DNA of 31,346 nucleotides from Chiloscyllium plagiosum (taxonomy: Eukaryota). Location of the stretch: the NCBI RefSeq assembly GCF_004010195.1, contig NC_057719.1, positions 38,936,887 through 38,968,232 of the forward strand, in the 5' to 3' direction. How positions within the stretch are numbered: position 1 is the first letter of the stretch; each line of letters begins with the position of its first letter. Under the pieces are notes generated by a model, which worked only from the letters and a program-made list of their open reading frames with translations, searched no databases and had not been told where the DNA came from. Of the stretch, positions 1 to 11,514 are shown in pieces. The position numbers and the translations under genes are program-made.

Positions 1-183
1 TCAGGAAAAACCATCTGGTTCACTAATGTCCTTCAGGGAAGGACATCTGCCATCCACACCTGGTCTGGCCCATATGTAACTCCAGACCCACAGCAATGTG
101 CTTGACTCTCACTGCCATCTGAAATGGCTGAGCCAGTTACTCAATTCAAAGGCAGCTAGGGATGGGCAATAAATGCTATCCCT
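1..183 (+). mobile_element. 3' part of a tRNA-headed SINE-like repeat (family also at ~5965, ~10120 and ~24510)
   Basis: Core GGTTCACTAATGTCCTT..GGGAAGGA..CTCCAGACCCACAGCAATGTG..CTGAAATGG recurs at ~6050-6160, ~24690-24790 and, on the - strand, ~10120-10225. Ends in GGGATGGGCAATAAATGCT. Confidence 0.75.
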
Positions 184-412
184 AGTGGATAAGAAAGAAA
201 ATCTTATTTCAAATGTTTATAAACTAATTCAGTTGATCTGATCTCAGTGTTGCGATGGAAATGGGTTACAACCAAGACCTTCTGACCAGTGCTCTCTGAC
301 TGTGGTGTCTACTATAAAGGTGCGCTAGCTGAAATTATCCTTGTTTATCAGTCATCCAACATTTTAAAATTACAGATTGATACTAATATTTTTTGTGTGG
401 GGTCTCTCATAA

Positions 413-865
413 CATGGCAGAATCTTCACCACTGTCAATATCTTATATTATATTGTGTGGCAAAACCATCTAATTCTGAATCAATTCTGTATCATAGAAA
501 ATGTCTCTATTATACTGTACAGCTCAATTCCATGTCTGAAGAATTTGATTTTAAATCTTCTTGGAGGTGTAATCTCTTTCTCCATTGTCATTTTATTTAA
601 CTGCTGTTGTTTCACATATTTAAATTATTTATTTGAAAGTTTTGCAGACATTTTATTGGAGATGTAGCTGGCTTTACTGTTCAGTGTCTTCTTCAGCAAG
701 TTTTAAAAGTAATAATACCAGTAGGCCACCACCTTCTCTTGAATTATGCTCCTGTTTGTATAGAAGAGATTATTTCCAAGTGTTTAAAGATCATTGATTC
801 AGAATTAGATGGTTTTGCCACACAATATAATATAAGATATTGACAGTGGTGAAGATTCTGCCATG
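413..865. repeat. Perfect 73-bp inverted repeat (413-485 / 793-865) with a 307-bp spacer
   Basis: CATGGCAGAATCTTCACCACTGTCAATATC...CTAATTCTGAATCAAT at 413-485 is the exact reverse complement of 793-865. Confidence 0.95.
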
Positions 866-995
866 ATTCCTGAAGAAGGGCTTATGCCCAAAACGTCGAT
901 TCTCCTGCTCCTCTGATGCTGCCTGGCCTGCTGCGCTTTTCCAGCACCACACTTTTCAACTCTAGTCTCCAGCATCTGCAGTCCTCAATTTCTCC
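866..995 (+). mobile_element. Penelope-like element terminal fragment starting at a degenerate hammerhead motif
   Basis: ATTCCTGAAGAAGGGCTTATGCCC(A)AAACGTCGATT followed by CTCCTGCTCCTCTGATGCTGCC...; homologous to the terminus of the RT-bearing PLE at 29466-29561 and to 7654-7771. Confidence 0.8.
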
Positions 996-998
996 CAT

Positions 999-1224
999 TG
1001 TAATAAGTTCAGCCAGGTGGATATCATGGAATATAAATTCCCTGATTGGGACTGTTAACCTGGTCAAATCAGGGAGCCTTGGCTGACAAAGATAAACAGG
1101 AATGTCAGAGGTTCTGTTCACTCTGATAGGTTGCTCTGAGGAAGCCAAACCATTGCAAGGACTTTCCATGAGTAAATAAAAGGTGACTTTGTGATGGGAT
1201 GCCAGCCTCTGTGGAGTTATTTCA
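999..1224 (+). mobile_element. Solo LTR (probably Gypsy-type)
   Basis: TG...CA ends, a TATA-like GATAAA and an AATAAA signal near 1175. Removing the 797-1000 insertion restores a 5-bp TSD ATCAT (790-794) / ATCAC (1225-1229). Confidence 0.65.
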
Positions 1225-1430
1225 ATCACCATATTGTATTATGGTGCATGATTAAACCATCTGAATTGCCACTAGTCTTTCTTATTGGTATTAATCTAAG
1301 CCACTGAAACCAAATGGGGAAGATCATCAAAAAGAGTATTTAACAGAAGATTGGATCAATCTTTGTGAATAGTAAAACATATTATGTAGTACTCATTATC
1401 TTGTTACATTACATCTTGGTTGGGGGGGGG

Positions 1431-1744
1431 GGGGCGGCACGGTGGTTAGCACTGCTGCCTCACAGCACCAGAGACCTGGGTTCAATTCCTGCCTCAGACG
1501 ACTGACTGTGTGGAGTTTGCACATTCTCCCTGTGTCTGCGTGGGTTTCCTCTGGGTGCTCCGGTTTCCTCCCACAGTCCAAAAATGTGCAGGTTAGGTGA
1601 ATTGGCCATGCTAAATTGCCCGGAGTGTTAGGTGAAGGGGTAAATGTAGGGGAATGGGTCTAGGTGGGTTGTGTTTCAGTGGGTCGGTGTGGACTTGTTG
1701 GGCTGAAGGGCCTGTTTCCACACTGTAATTAATCTAATCTAATC
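1431..1744 (+). mobile_element. HE1-type V-SINE (tRNA-derived)
   Basis: Pol III A/B boxes (GGTGGTTAGCACTG, GGTTCAATTCC), V-domain TGTGGAGTTTGCACATTCTCCC..GGGTTTCCTC..CCCACAGTCCAAA, CR1-like tail and (TAATC)n end. Confidence 0.92.
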
Positions 1745-1861
1745 AATGATTTTGTGTGAGACATCAGGGTGAATATACATGTAAGTACAAATTACTGTTA
1801 GTTACATTGCCTTAGCACTAAAACAATTCAAACTAAACTAGAACACTACTTTGACACACTG

Positions 1862-2001
1862 AAATAAACACACAAAATGCTGAAGAGACTCAGCAGGACT
1901 TGCAGCATCTGTAGGGAGAGAAATAGAATTAATGTTCAAATTTTCTCCAGTATTCTCTGTGTTTATTTCAGATTTACAGCTTGGCAATATTTTGCCTTTA
2001 T
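1862..2001. mobile_element. Old fold-back PLE-terminus-derived mini-element
   Basis: Imperfect arms GAAATAAACACACAAAATGCTG / CAGTATTCTCTGTGTTTATTTC; flanks TTTGACACACTG (1850-1861) and TTAGACACACTG (2002-2013). Confidence 0.6.
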
Positions 2002-3149
2002 TTAGACACACTGGGTTACTTAGATGTTTCCAGCAGCTGTTCTTTAAATCCTGATATTTATTTTGTAATGTCAGTTAACCCTTTCAGATCCTAAGTGGGG
2101 AGACAAAGACTGAAATAAACAAATTGAATGGAAATGTGTGAAAGTTCCGAACTGATGAGGTTGTCATGAATTGCAAGAAAATTAAAATTTGGCTGAGACG
2201 ATCACCTAGATTAAACAGTTGAGCCTGTGACACACTTTATGATGCAAAATCTGTGTTATCTTCCATCCGTATCCAACTCACTAATCTGCAATTGAAATGA
2301 AAAATGGCTACTCTGTACCTGGAGTGGGCAGATTGTGTGATTTTCCTGATGACGTGGAGGCTCTACTTGCGAGCAAAGTGAGACCCTTCTAGAGACAGTT
2401 TCATGAATAAGGTACTAATGCAGCATAGGTTAAAAACATCTGTAATCATAGAATTCTATATGTGAAACTTAAGCAGTTTCAAATTATGTAAAATACAAAG
2501 CCTGGCTACAAATAATTTTGACCATGTCATTAGTCTCACAAATCTCTGTGAAACAAGTAATCACAAGGGATCTTTAATGTGTCATCTATGGGCCATAATT
2601 CACAAAGACAATTCAAGGTCTCTGAGAGAGAAGAATTGATTTCCTCCTAACTTGCAACTGCAAATGTTTTCCAATATGTTCATGGAGGCAAAGTGCTTTT
2701 CTTGGCTAATTTGGGTGGAGATAACCAGGAAATCTTACCAGATTTACAAACTCTTACTTTATTTGTGTGCGGCAGGATTTGTGCTGCATACATCAGAATA
2801 AGGTCTACTACTGTGCCAAAGATCCATGCTCAGGCACTTCATGGCCTTCTTTATAGGAAACCTCTATGTTTCAGAATATGGATGACATGGAAAACTGCCA
2901 TTTGTGTATGATGCGTATGCTGACTGTTCACGTTACTTAAGATGTGTTCGGTTTCTGATATTCCCTACATAATCTCATTGGAACTATGGCAAATGGATCT
3001 AGTCAAAGCAGAGTTTATCATTTCTGCAGCTGCTGAACAGTACTTACAGATAGATTAATGGGGGAGAAATATGTCAGCAAGCCAAGGACCAGCAGCAACC
3101 TCCAGCCAACCTTCCCAACAGCCTTTGCATGAAAAGGTCACCGCAGAAG

Positions 3150-3440
3150 CTCCCCTCAGGATGTGAAGGAGGTTTGTGAGGCCAGAGATTATTGTCCCCA
3201 ACATTATTTCCTCCAGATGATTGGGATGGAGTCGGAAAATGTCCCAGAAGCCATTATAGAAATATGTCAACTACTGGAGCAGGGCATCTGATCTCAAGAC
3301 GACAGCTGCAATATTTTTTTTATGCAACTGGCTGCTTCCAAGGAACTATTGAAGATCTGTGAGAGATCTCTATATCCATAACCCTCAAATGTATCAAAGC
3401 TATTACTGATGCAATTTGTGCCAGATCATATTGCCTAAAT
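3150..3440 (+). pseudogene. PIF/Harbinger transposase remnant (N-terminal part)
   Basis: Translates, with a stop, to FYATGCFQGTIEDL*EISISITLKCIKAITDAICARS, matching the HARBI1-like FYATGSFQ..GD..GISQ..V..AL motif. Shares 24 identical nt (TACTGATGCAATTTGTGCCAGATC) with ~27807-27830. Confidence 0.75.
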
Positions 3441-4069
3441 ACTAAATGCCTTACAAAAATGATTACTGGGTGGCAAAAACTACCCCCCTGCCACAACCCC
3501 ACTGACTCCCCATCCCCCCACTGAGAGAACAATGCAGCCCATTTTTCAATCAGGGTCACTGCAGAATAGGTAATAGGCCTCCTGACGTGACAGACGTGTG
3601 AGATGTCTGGCAGCACACTGCATAGTGTGCTTATAATGTATATCAACTCACTTTTGTTGTTGTTTATTAAATTTAATGTCCTAATTTGACTGAAAATACT
3701 TATTTATATTTTTTCTCCCACAGCCTTAACTCCCTCACCCATTTTGGCAGTGATTCCTTTGTCCCTTGCAAACTCCTCATTGATCAATGCATGCAGCCTT
3801 ACAATGGTATTTGGTCCTGAACTCTGACTGACTTGAGCATCCATAGACATGACTGAACAGATTCCAGGCTGCTGCCTTTGCAGCTCCCCACCTGATGACT
3901 CGCAATCTCCCTGATAGCTTGTGATGGACTCACAGGACTGACTGCTGATTATTCCCAACTGTATTCCCTGACTGTATCTGACCTGAGCAGACAAATATCA
4001 TGGCTAAGTCCTTGGATTGTGTTTGGACAATGCCTGTGACCGATGGTACTAATATCTCTGATCAACTGC

Positions 4070-5850
4070 AGATCCCTTTGTTTGAACTGATGACTAGGTC
4101 ATGCAACAAAAAGGAGAGGGCCTTCATAAGCATAGAGGATGTGTGAGTTGCTAAAAAAGGAGCAAAGAGGGCCCATGACATATCTTTGGCATACAGGATT
4201 AAGGAAAACAGCACACATTTTATAAGTATTTTAAGAATAAGAATATTACTAGGGAAAGAGTAGGGCTTGTTAGAGACTAAAGGAAAACCTGTCAAGGAGT
4301 CAGAGGACATGGGCGAGGTCCTAAATATATATTTCTCATTTGTATTCACAAAGGAAAAAGACATTGTAACTTCAAATTTCAGTTGGGATGATGAGGTTAT
4401 AGACCATATTAAGATTAATAATGAGGGGGTATTAGATGTTTTAGCAGGCATATAGGTGCATAAATAAGCAGGGCCTGAAGAAATGTTTCCCAGGTTGCTA
4501 TGGGAGACAAGGGAGGAAATTGCAGGGCCACTGATGGGGTTATTTAATATCTTGCTGTCCACAACTGATGTGCCAGATGACTGGAAGGTAGCTAAGGTGG
4601 TTCCTTTGTTCAAGAAGGGTAGCAGGGGTAGGCCAGGTAATTACAGACCAGTTAGTTTGATGTCAGCAGGAGGGAAAAAAATTGGAAAAAAATTCTGAGA
4701 GCCAGGATTAATCAATACTTGGAAAGACAGTGAATGATTAGGGATAGTCAGCATGGAATTGTTGAAGGGAGATTCTGTGTGACTAATTTAACTGAGTTTT
4801 TTGAAAAGGTGACTAAATATCTTGATGAGGGTAGTGCAGTTGATGTGGTTTATATGGATTGTAGCAAGGCCTTTAATAAGGTCTTTCATATGGAAGGCTG
4901 GTCCAAAGGGTAAGAGCCCATATGGGAGCCAAGGCAAGTTGGCAAACTGGATCCAGAATTGGCTTACAAATAGGAGGCAAAGGGTGATGGTGGAGGGTTT
5001 TTTTATGATTGGAAGCCTGTGACCAGTGGTGTACTACAGGGATTGGTACTGTGACCTTCACTGTTTGTTACATACATTCACTGCTTGGATGAGAATGTAG
5101 AAGGTATAATTAGGAAGTTTGCAGATGACATGAAAATTGGGTGTGTTGTTGATACTGAGGAGGATGACCTCAGACTACAGTCTGATCTTGATCAACTGGT
5201 CAATTGGGTAGAGCAATAGCAGATGGAATTTAATCTCAATAAATGTAAAGTGATATTTTTTGGGACGTCTATTAAGGGAAGGATATACACAATGAACAGT
5301 AGATCCCTGGGTAGTACTGTGTATGAGTTCATAGATCCCTGAAGAGATGACAGGGTGACAGGATGGTGAAGAATGCTTATGAGATGTTTGTATTCATTAA
5401 CCAGAGTGTAGAATGCAGGATCAATGATTTATTGTTCAAACTTTATAAAACATTGTTTAGGCCACAGATGGAATGCTGTGTTTAGTTCTGATGTGGAGGT
5501 GCCGGTGTTGGACTGGGTAGGACAAGGTCAAAATTCACAAGACACCAGGTTATATTCAAATAACAGGTTTATTTGAAAACACAAATTTTCAAGGCCTCAG
5601 ATGCAGGGGAGATTCACAAGAATGTTGCCTAGGTTGGAGTTACGAGGAGAAACTGGATAGGTTGAGCTTGTTTTCCTTGGAACAGAGGATGCTCAGGGGG
5701 ATCTGAATGAGGTATGCAAAATTCTGAGAGGCGTAGACAGAGCAGATCAGGAGAATCTTTTCTTCATAACAGACATGTCCATGACCAGAGGGCATAAAAT
5801 TATGGTAGGGAGTAAGTGGTTTAGAGGGGACCTGAGGAAATGTTTGGTGT
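4070..5850 (+). mobile_element. CR1/HER1-like LINE ORF2 fragment, decayed
   Basis: Peptides DDWKVAKVVPLFKKGSRGRPGNYRPVSLMS, WIQNWLTNRRQRVMVEG and KFADDMKIG (~5115-5140), with many stops and frameshifts. Confidence 0.92.
5491..5598 (-). mobile_element. Terminal fragment of another repeat (probably a PLE terminus) nested in the CR1
   Basis: Interrupts CR1 homology between the 'QFW' and 'RRFTRMLP' regions; ATGTGGAGGTGCCGGTGTTGGACTGGG..CACCAGGTTAT resembles shark PLE ends as I recall them. Confidence 0.5.
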
Positions 5851-5964
5851 TTGTTGGATGATATAGATATTGTGGGCTAAATCTTGTTCTTATGTTGTAT
5901 GACTCTACGACTTTTTGACATGGCCATTTGGTTGAATGAATGTGCAGAGTAGTTTCATACATGA

Positions 5965-6230
5965 CTCTGGTGAGTTGAATTAATGAATCTGGAATTGAAA
6001 TATTGTTTCAGTAATAGTAGTCATAGGACTATCATTGACATAAATCTATCAGGATCACTGATATCCTTTAGGTCAAGAAAGTCTGCCACACTGACCTAGT
6101 CTAGTTTATGTATGACTCCAGACCCACACAATGTGGTCCACTCCTAACTGCCTTCTGAAACTCAATTCAAGACAAACTAGGAATGAACAACAAATACTGC
6201 AGCAATGTCCACATCTTTAGAAAGAATTTA
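5965..6230 (+). mobile_element. tRNA-headed SINE-like repeat, 5'-truncated and diverged
   Basis: Homologous to 1-183 and 24590-24840 (ATCTGGAATTGAAA..TCACTGATATCCTTTAGG..GACTCCAGACCCACA..CTGAAA..CAACAAAT). Confidence 0.7.
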
Positions 6231-6599
6231 AGAAAAGCTGTTAATGCAGTCAGGACTGGTAAGCAAGTGTTGTCCACTTATGTTTAAAAATAGATGTTTT
6301 GTTTTAGGTTTAATGTGTAGGTTGTCTGGATGTTATGGGGGACATCAACAGCGTACACAGCTCTTTTGTTGTGCGGTTCTAATGCCCACCTCCATGAGAC
6401 TGCATCCAAGACAGTTTTGTCAAGGAGAAGGCAAGGTCAACAATTGTTTTCGAGCTTCTTTATAACATTATTTATTACATCCTAAGACTAAATGCTACAA
6501 TACATGGTATTCAGTGATCCATGGTCAACATCGGTTATAGTATTTGAAAGAAGAATGTTAGCTTGGGAGTGTTGTTGAACACATTAACGTTGAGCTACA

Positions 6600-6800
6600 T
6601 GTGTTTAAGAGAGACTAGTGGCTTGCTACAAATCATTAGATTGGCTATTGTTTCCTCCATGGCAATAACTTGGCCAAACAATGTCAACTTGCCAACCAAT
6701 CAGCACACATTTTTCCTTTCATATCAGTTGTCATAATTGTTTGAAATTGGCAATCTTGCATTTGCCCTGATAAGTGAAAGTTGAAAAGCTTGAACAATAT
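6600..6800 (+). mobile_element. Old PLE terminal region with degenerate HHR-like core
   Basis: CTTGCCAACCAATCAGCAC resembles the reverse complement of ~29170-29190; ends in CCTGATAAGTG..GAAAAGCTT (decayed CUGANGA..GAAA). Confidence 0.4.
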
Positions 6801-7097
6801 TTCACAATATTAAAAAGAATTATACTGTTAATGATTTCTAATCTCAAATATGGTGAGGAGTGGAAACTGCAACTTTGGAACAGCTTGCCTTAATGTTGCT
6901 TCCTTATTATTTCCATTTTGATTTCCATCATTCATGTAACTTTATTCACAATTAAACAAAAACCTCTAAGACAAAAATATGCTAAACATATGGCAGATTA
7001 GACTGGACCATGTGATTACAAATGTTTGTTGTATAACAAATCTGACAAATAAATTTGCTCGGGATTAAATCTGTCTTGAATTTGAAAGTCATACACT

Positions 7098-7337
7098 CAT
7101 AGAGTCATACAGCATGGAAACAGACCCCTTCAGTCCAACTTATCTGTGCTGATCAGATTTCCCAATCTGACCTAGTCCCATTTGCTAGCACCTGGCCCAT
7201 ATCCCTCTAGAGCCTTCCTACTCATATACCCATCCAGATGTCTTTTAAATGCTGTAATTGTACCCGCCTCCACCACTTCCGCTGGCAGCTTGTTCCATAC
7301 AGACACCACCCTCTGCATGAAAAAGTTACCCCTCAGT
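7098..7337 (-). mobile_element. CR1/HER1-like LINE 3' end
   Basis: Collinear with 15900-16140 (CATAGAGTCATA..CAGCATGGAAACAGACCC..CCTCCACCACTTCC..CTGGCAGCT). Confidence 0.88.
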
Positions 7338-7558
7338 AACCCATATAAAATCTTCGTATGACGTAGTAAATGTGATGAAAAATAGGAGACCCCAAAGATA
7401 GTCTGTCAAGGGACTCCAGGGCCAGTGATTCAGAGACAACAAGACAGGCCACTTCAAGAGATATTCATTATTGGAAGGTAGGATGGAAGATGCGGGTGAG
7501 GAGGATTTAAGATGACAATTGGGAGTGGAGAAAAGAAGGCTATGGATTATCCTAACAT

Positions 7559-7771
7559 AGATGGAAATGTGTTGCTGGAAAAGCGCAGCAGGTCAGGCAG
7601 CATCTAGGGAACAGGAGAATCGACGTTTCGGGCATTAGCCCTTCTTCAGGAATGGCTAATGCCCGAAACGTCAATTCTCCTGTTCCCTAGATGCTGCCTA
7701 ACCTGCTGCGCTTTTCCACCAACACATTTCCATCTCTGATCTCCAGCATCTGCAGACCTCACTTTCTCCTC
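7559..7771. mobile_element. Fold-back PLE mini-element with 13-14 bp TSD
   Basis: 82-bp arms 7559-7640 / 7654-7735 (3 mismatches), 13-nt spacer, 36-bp one-sided extension; ATTATCCTAACAT(A) at 7546-7558 and 7772-7784. Confidence 0.9.
7617..7653 (-). ncRNA. Minimal type I hammerhead ribozyme motif
   Basis: Minus strand reads AUUC-CUGAAGA-A-GGGC-UAAU-GCCC-GAAAC-GUC-GAUUC: conserved core, 4-bp stem II, loop-less palindromic stem III. Activity untested. Confidence 0.7.
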
Positions 7772-7862
7772 ATTATCCTAACATACTTAACTGTTGTGCA
7801 GTGGGATGCAGGGCACAATGCTGCTTCATGTGGTCCAGCTAGATTGGGTGATAAATACCTAA

Positions 7863-8350
7863 GGGCCAAAAATGGGGGGTGACCAGGGTAGAAAACTTAA
7901 TGAAACCAAAACAGAAATTGTTGGTGAAACTCAGCAAGTTCGGCTGCACTGTGAGATGAAAGCAGAGCCAATACTCCATATATAAGGAGTCTGGAATCAA
8001 TTGTGAAGTCAATAGACCAGTTCAGAAGTCTAGACTGAAATGGCATTGGTGGGAACTCTATATTCCTTTGGAGTAAAGAGCTGGCCACATTGGATGAAGT
8101 GAGTCAGCAGATGCATACATTTTGAATATGTTCTCTGCATATAATGTGCTTGAAGATGGAGCTGTCAAAATATCTTAAAGGCTCATTGTGCCAACATCAG
8201 ATGACTATTTATTGACTCCAGGAAATCCACTAGGTGAACAATGAAAGTTAGTTAAGGACATATGACAGGAACTGTCCTTTGAATGAAACGGACTTGGATG
8301 TGCTATTGGACGAAGTCATAGTTGAGGCTGAGGGAAAGTGTCCTCAGTAG
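7863..8350 (+). mobile_element. Possible Harbinger terminus plus Myb/SANT-like gene remnant
   Basis: TAA|GGGCCAAAAAT terminus-like start; NETDLDVLLDEVIV at ~8282-8325 resembles the first helix of Harbinger Myb-like proteins. Confidence 0.3.
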
Positions 8351-9033
8351 CACAATATGCGGCAAATATGACAGAGATATCATATATTGTTTGTGTCTAA
8401 CATTAGTCACTGTTAAACACATGTGGCTACTGACCAATATGCTCAACAGCACTCCCAAGCTACTATTCTACCGTCAACTACTATACCAATGTTGACCATT
8501 GATTTTACTGATTATTGTTAAAAATTGCTGTCTACAAAATGGCTGCTATCACCACATAACATCAATACCAACAACGTTCAAGCTTCACAAACAATTCACT
8601 GTACTTATAATGTGATTCTGCACAACATATAATGCTCCCGAAAAGAGAATTGTGAAGGTTGGAGGTAAAAAATATTTTGGTAGTTGGTAAATAGTTAATT
8701 GAAAAGGATGGCACGCAGTTTACAAGATACTATTTTGAATTTATTATGAGTAAGGTTATTCAAGCATAGACCAAATTGAAAATGATCACAATTCTACCCA
8801 TTACTGATTAGTGGAATTGTCTACATGCCACATTAATCACATTTTCCCCTTCCTTTTCCTCTGCTGTTTTGTGGTCCATTAATTCCATGGTTATTCTTCT
8901 CCACTTGAAGAATAAGCAGACAACAGTTATTTTTGAAGTCTTCTCAGGCTTTAATACTCAAATTTCCTTGATTTGTCTAAGTCATATAAACTCTGCTGGC
9001 AGCTTTCTTCTTTCACCAGTATTCAGAAACATT

Positions 9034-9354
9034 GGGGTGGCACGGTGGCTCAGTGGTTAGCACTGCTGCCTTACAGCGCTAGGGACCCAGATTTGACTCC
9101 AGCATAGGGCGACTGTTTGTGTGGAGTTTGCACATTCTCCCCATGTCTGCGTGGGTTTCCTCCGGGTGCTCTGGTTTCCTCCCACAGTCCAAAGATGTGC
9201 AGGTTAGGTGAATTGGTCATGCTAAAATTGTCCAAAGAGTTAGGTGCATTAGTAAGGGGGAATGGGTCGGGGTGGGTTACTCTTCGGAGGGTTGGTGTGG
9301 ACTAGTTGGGCCGAAGGGCCTGTTTCCACACTGTAGGGAATCTAATCTAATCTA
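9034..9354 (+). mobile_element. HE1-type V-SINE
   Basis: Full head GGCACGGTGGCTCAGTGGTTAGC, V-domain, CR1-like tail and (AATCT)n end. Confidence 0.92.
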
Positions 9355-9739
9355 TATCTGTATTCTACACTTGTTCCTGTGTTTCTCCTTAGCAGTCTCA
9401 TAAAATTGAGCAATTGTGACTATAACCAAGATATTGCATTGTAATTTTGGTAAAACATACTCGTGGAGTCATTTTTCAGGCCTGGCAGGCCACTTGTGTT
9501 CCAGCAATTAAGTCCTCCATTTTTGGACTTACTACAGGAGGCAGTGAGATAACCTGACCTCTTTTCTTTTCTTGGTTGTTTGCAGAAGGCTTTTTTTGAT
9601 GGACTATTTTAGAAACTTTTTGAGGGCAATAACTTTAAAGAATAGACTCAAACAGATTCACAGCAAGATCAAATCAAAAGAAAGCATACATTTTTATTTA
9701 TGTAACTCTTTTCTATTTAGCACAGAGATGGTGCCACAT

Positions 9740-10385
9740 GGCATGATGGAAATTATCCCCAGTGGGGGGACATGATCTCTAAGGACTGTGTGGTGGTCAC
9801 ACCTACTGATACTGTCATGGATAGATGCATCTATGATAAGGGGGTTGGTCCTGCTATTGGGACCAGGCATAACCAGGGATGATGGTGGTGTTACCTGGGG
9901 CATTGTAAGGTCTGATTGTGATTATGGGCATGTTGGCTGTTGTTTAACAACTCCCCTAATGTTACTAATAGCTCCCAGAACTTAGCAAGGAGGGCTTTGC
10001 AGGGTGGACAAGGCTGAGTTAGCTGTTGTTGCTCATGGTGCTTCGGTTGATGCCAGGTGGTCAGTCCCATTCTTTTCTTTTTTTTTCTTGTTGATAGCTT
10101 CATGAGTATTTTCCTTGACCATTTCAGAGAGCAGTCACAAGTCAAACACTTTGCCATAGGTCTGGCGTCTTTGTAGGTGCGACCAAGAAAAAACAGCAGA
10201 TTTCCTTTCTTAAATGGCATTAGATTGTATTTTTTTTAAGTCAAGAATGGTTTCATGGTCACTGTTAAACCTATAATTCCGAACATTTTTTTAAAAATTC
10301 AAATTCCACCAATGTCCCAGTCCACGTAGCAGAGATCCTATCAATGTATTAATAGTCTGACAACAATACTACAACGCCATTAATC
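9740..10385 (-). mobile_element. 5' end of a LINE: SINE-like head followed by an AP-endonuclease remnant
   Basis: 10120-10385 (-) matches the SINE-like family. It then reads into KALLAKFWEL..LGEL, TTIIPGY and DASIHDSISRCDHHTVL (degenerate APE 'SDH' motif). Confidence 0.65.
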
Positions 10386-10432
10386 TCCTTCACTTTCTAT
10401 GTCCAGTGAAATACTTTTTCTAAAACATTAGT

Positions 10433-10740
10433 GGGCAGCACGGTGGCACAGTGGTTAGCACTGCTGCCTCACCGCGCCAGAGACCCAGGTTCAATTCCCG
10501 CCTCAGGCGACTGACTATGTGGAGTTTGCACATTCTCCCCGTGGGTTTCCTCTGGGTGCTCTGGTTTCCTCCCACAGTCCAAAAATGTACAGGTCAGGTG
10601 AATTGGCCATGCTAAATTGCCCGTAGTGTTAGGTGTAGGGGTAAATGTAGGGGAATGGGTCTGGGTTGCACTTCGGCGGGTCGGTGTGGACTTGTTGGGC
10701 CGAAGGGCCTGTTTCCACACTGTAAGTAATCTAATCTAAA
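10433..10740 (+). mobile_element. HE1-type V-SINE
   Basis: A/B boxes (GGTTCAATTCCC), V-domain and GGGCCGAAGGGCCTGTTTCCACACTGTA tail. Confidence 0.93.
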
Positions 10741-11514
10741 AACTCCCAAATTGTAATGATTTTTGCACTTTCAAATTTCAAACAATTGAACAGTTAACAC
10801 TAAACTGAGCATTTCACACCTTGTTATACATGGATAAGTCTGTTAATCATTGCAGTGATAGATCAGTTACGATGGCTGAATATGTATTCATTTTAATTAA
10901 TCGATTGATGCACTGAATAACAGGCATTCTCACATGTAATGAAGAGTGAAATTATGTTTCCTTATTCAGTAGTTGTGCAATTCGACATCACCATCACAGC
11001 TCTCAAAAAGCAAGCATTTTCTATCCTTGGGCGAAGAGAGCTGTAACATTTAGAAAATCTATATCTATAGTGAGGAAAAAATGAAACTGTAACAATCTGG
11101 TTGCATGCTAAGCAGTATCAAAATACACTGCTTCTCCAAACTTATAACACCATAATCTCTCAAGGGGAAACTGTTCCCTATCAGAAAGAGAATTAAGTAC
11201 CCACTGCTAGTCTGGTTAATCAGATCACTCTTCCATGGAAATGGTATACCTACCAGTCAACATTTCCAAATTGCTATTCTATCCTTTGAGTGTTCATTTC
11301 ATCACTCTTCCTTGTTCAATTCTCAAAAACAAACTGTGACAATATTGTTTCCATCTAATATGTGATGGGTACCATTGGCATGCCATTTTGCAACACTTTA
11401 AAGACACTCATTAGCTGAAAACTTGTGGGAAAAAAATAACTCACTCCACTTCAACACCCTGACTTGATTTCCACAGTTTGGAGCTTGGTTTTTCTCGATA
11501 AAACCAAATTTCTA

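Noticed and set aside
413..865. The 73-bp inverted repeat as TIRs of a MITE
   Set aside because: No TSD outside the arms, and the reconstructed LTR TSD shows the right arm arrived with the PLE fragment.
1431..1500. tRNA genes at SINE heads (also 9034, 10433, 24510, 30568)
   Set aside because: A/B boxes run on into SINE bodies; no complete cloverleaf seen.
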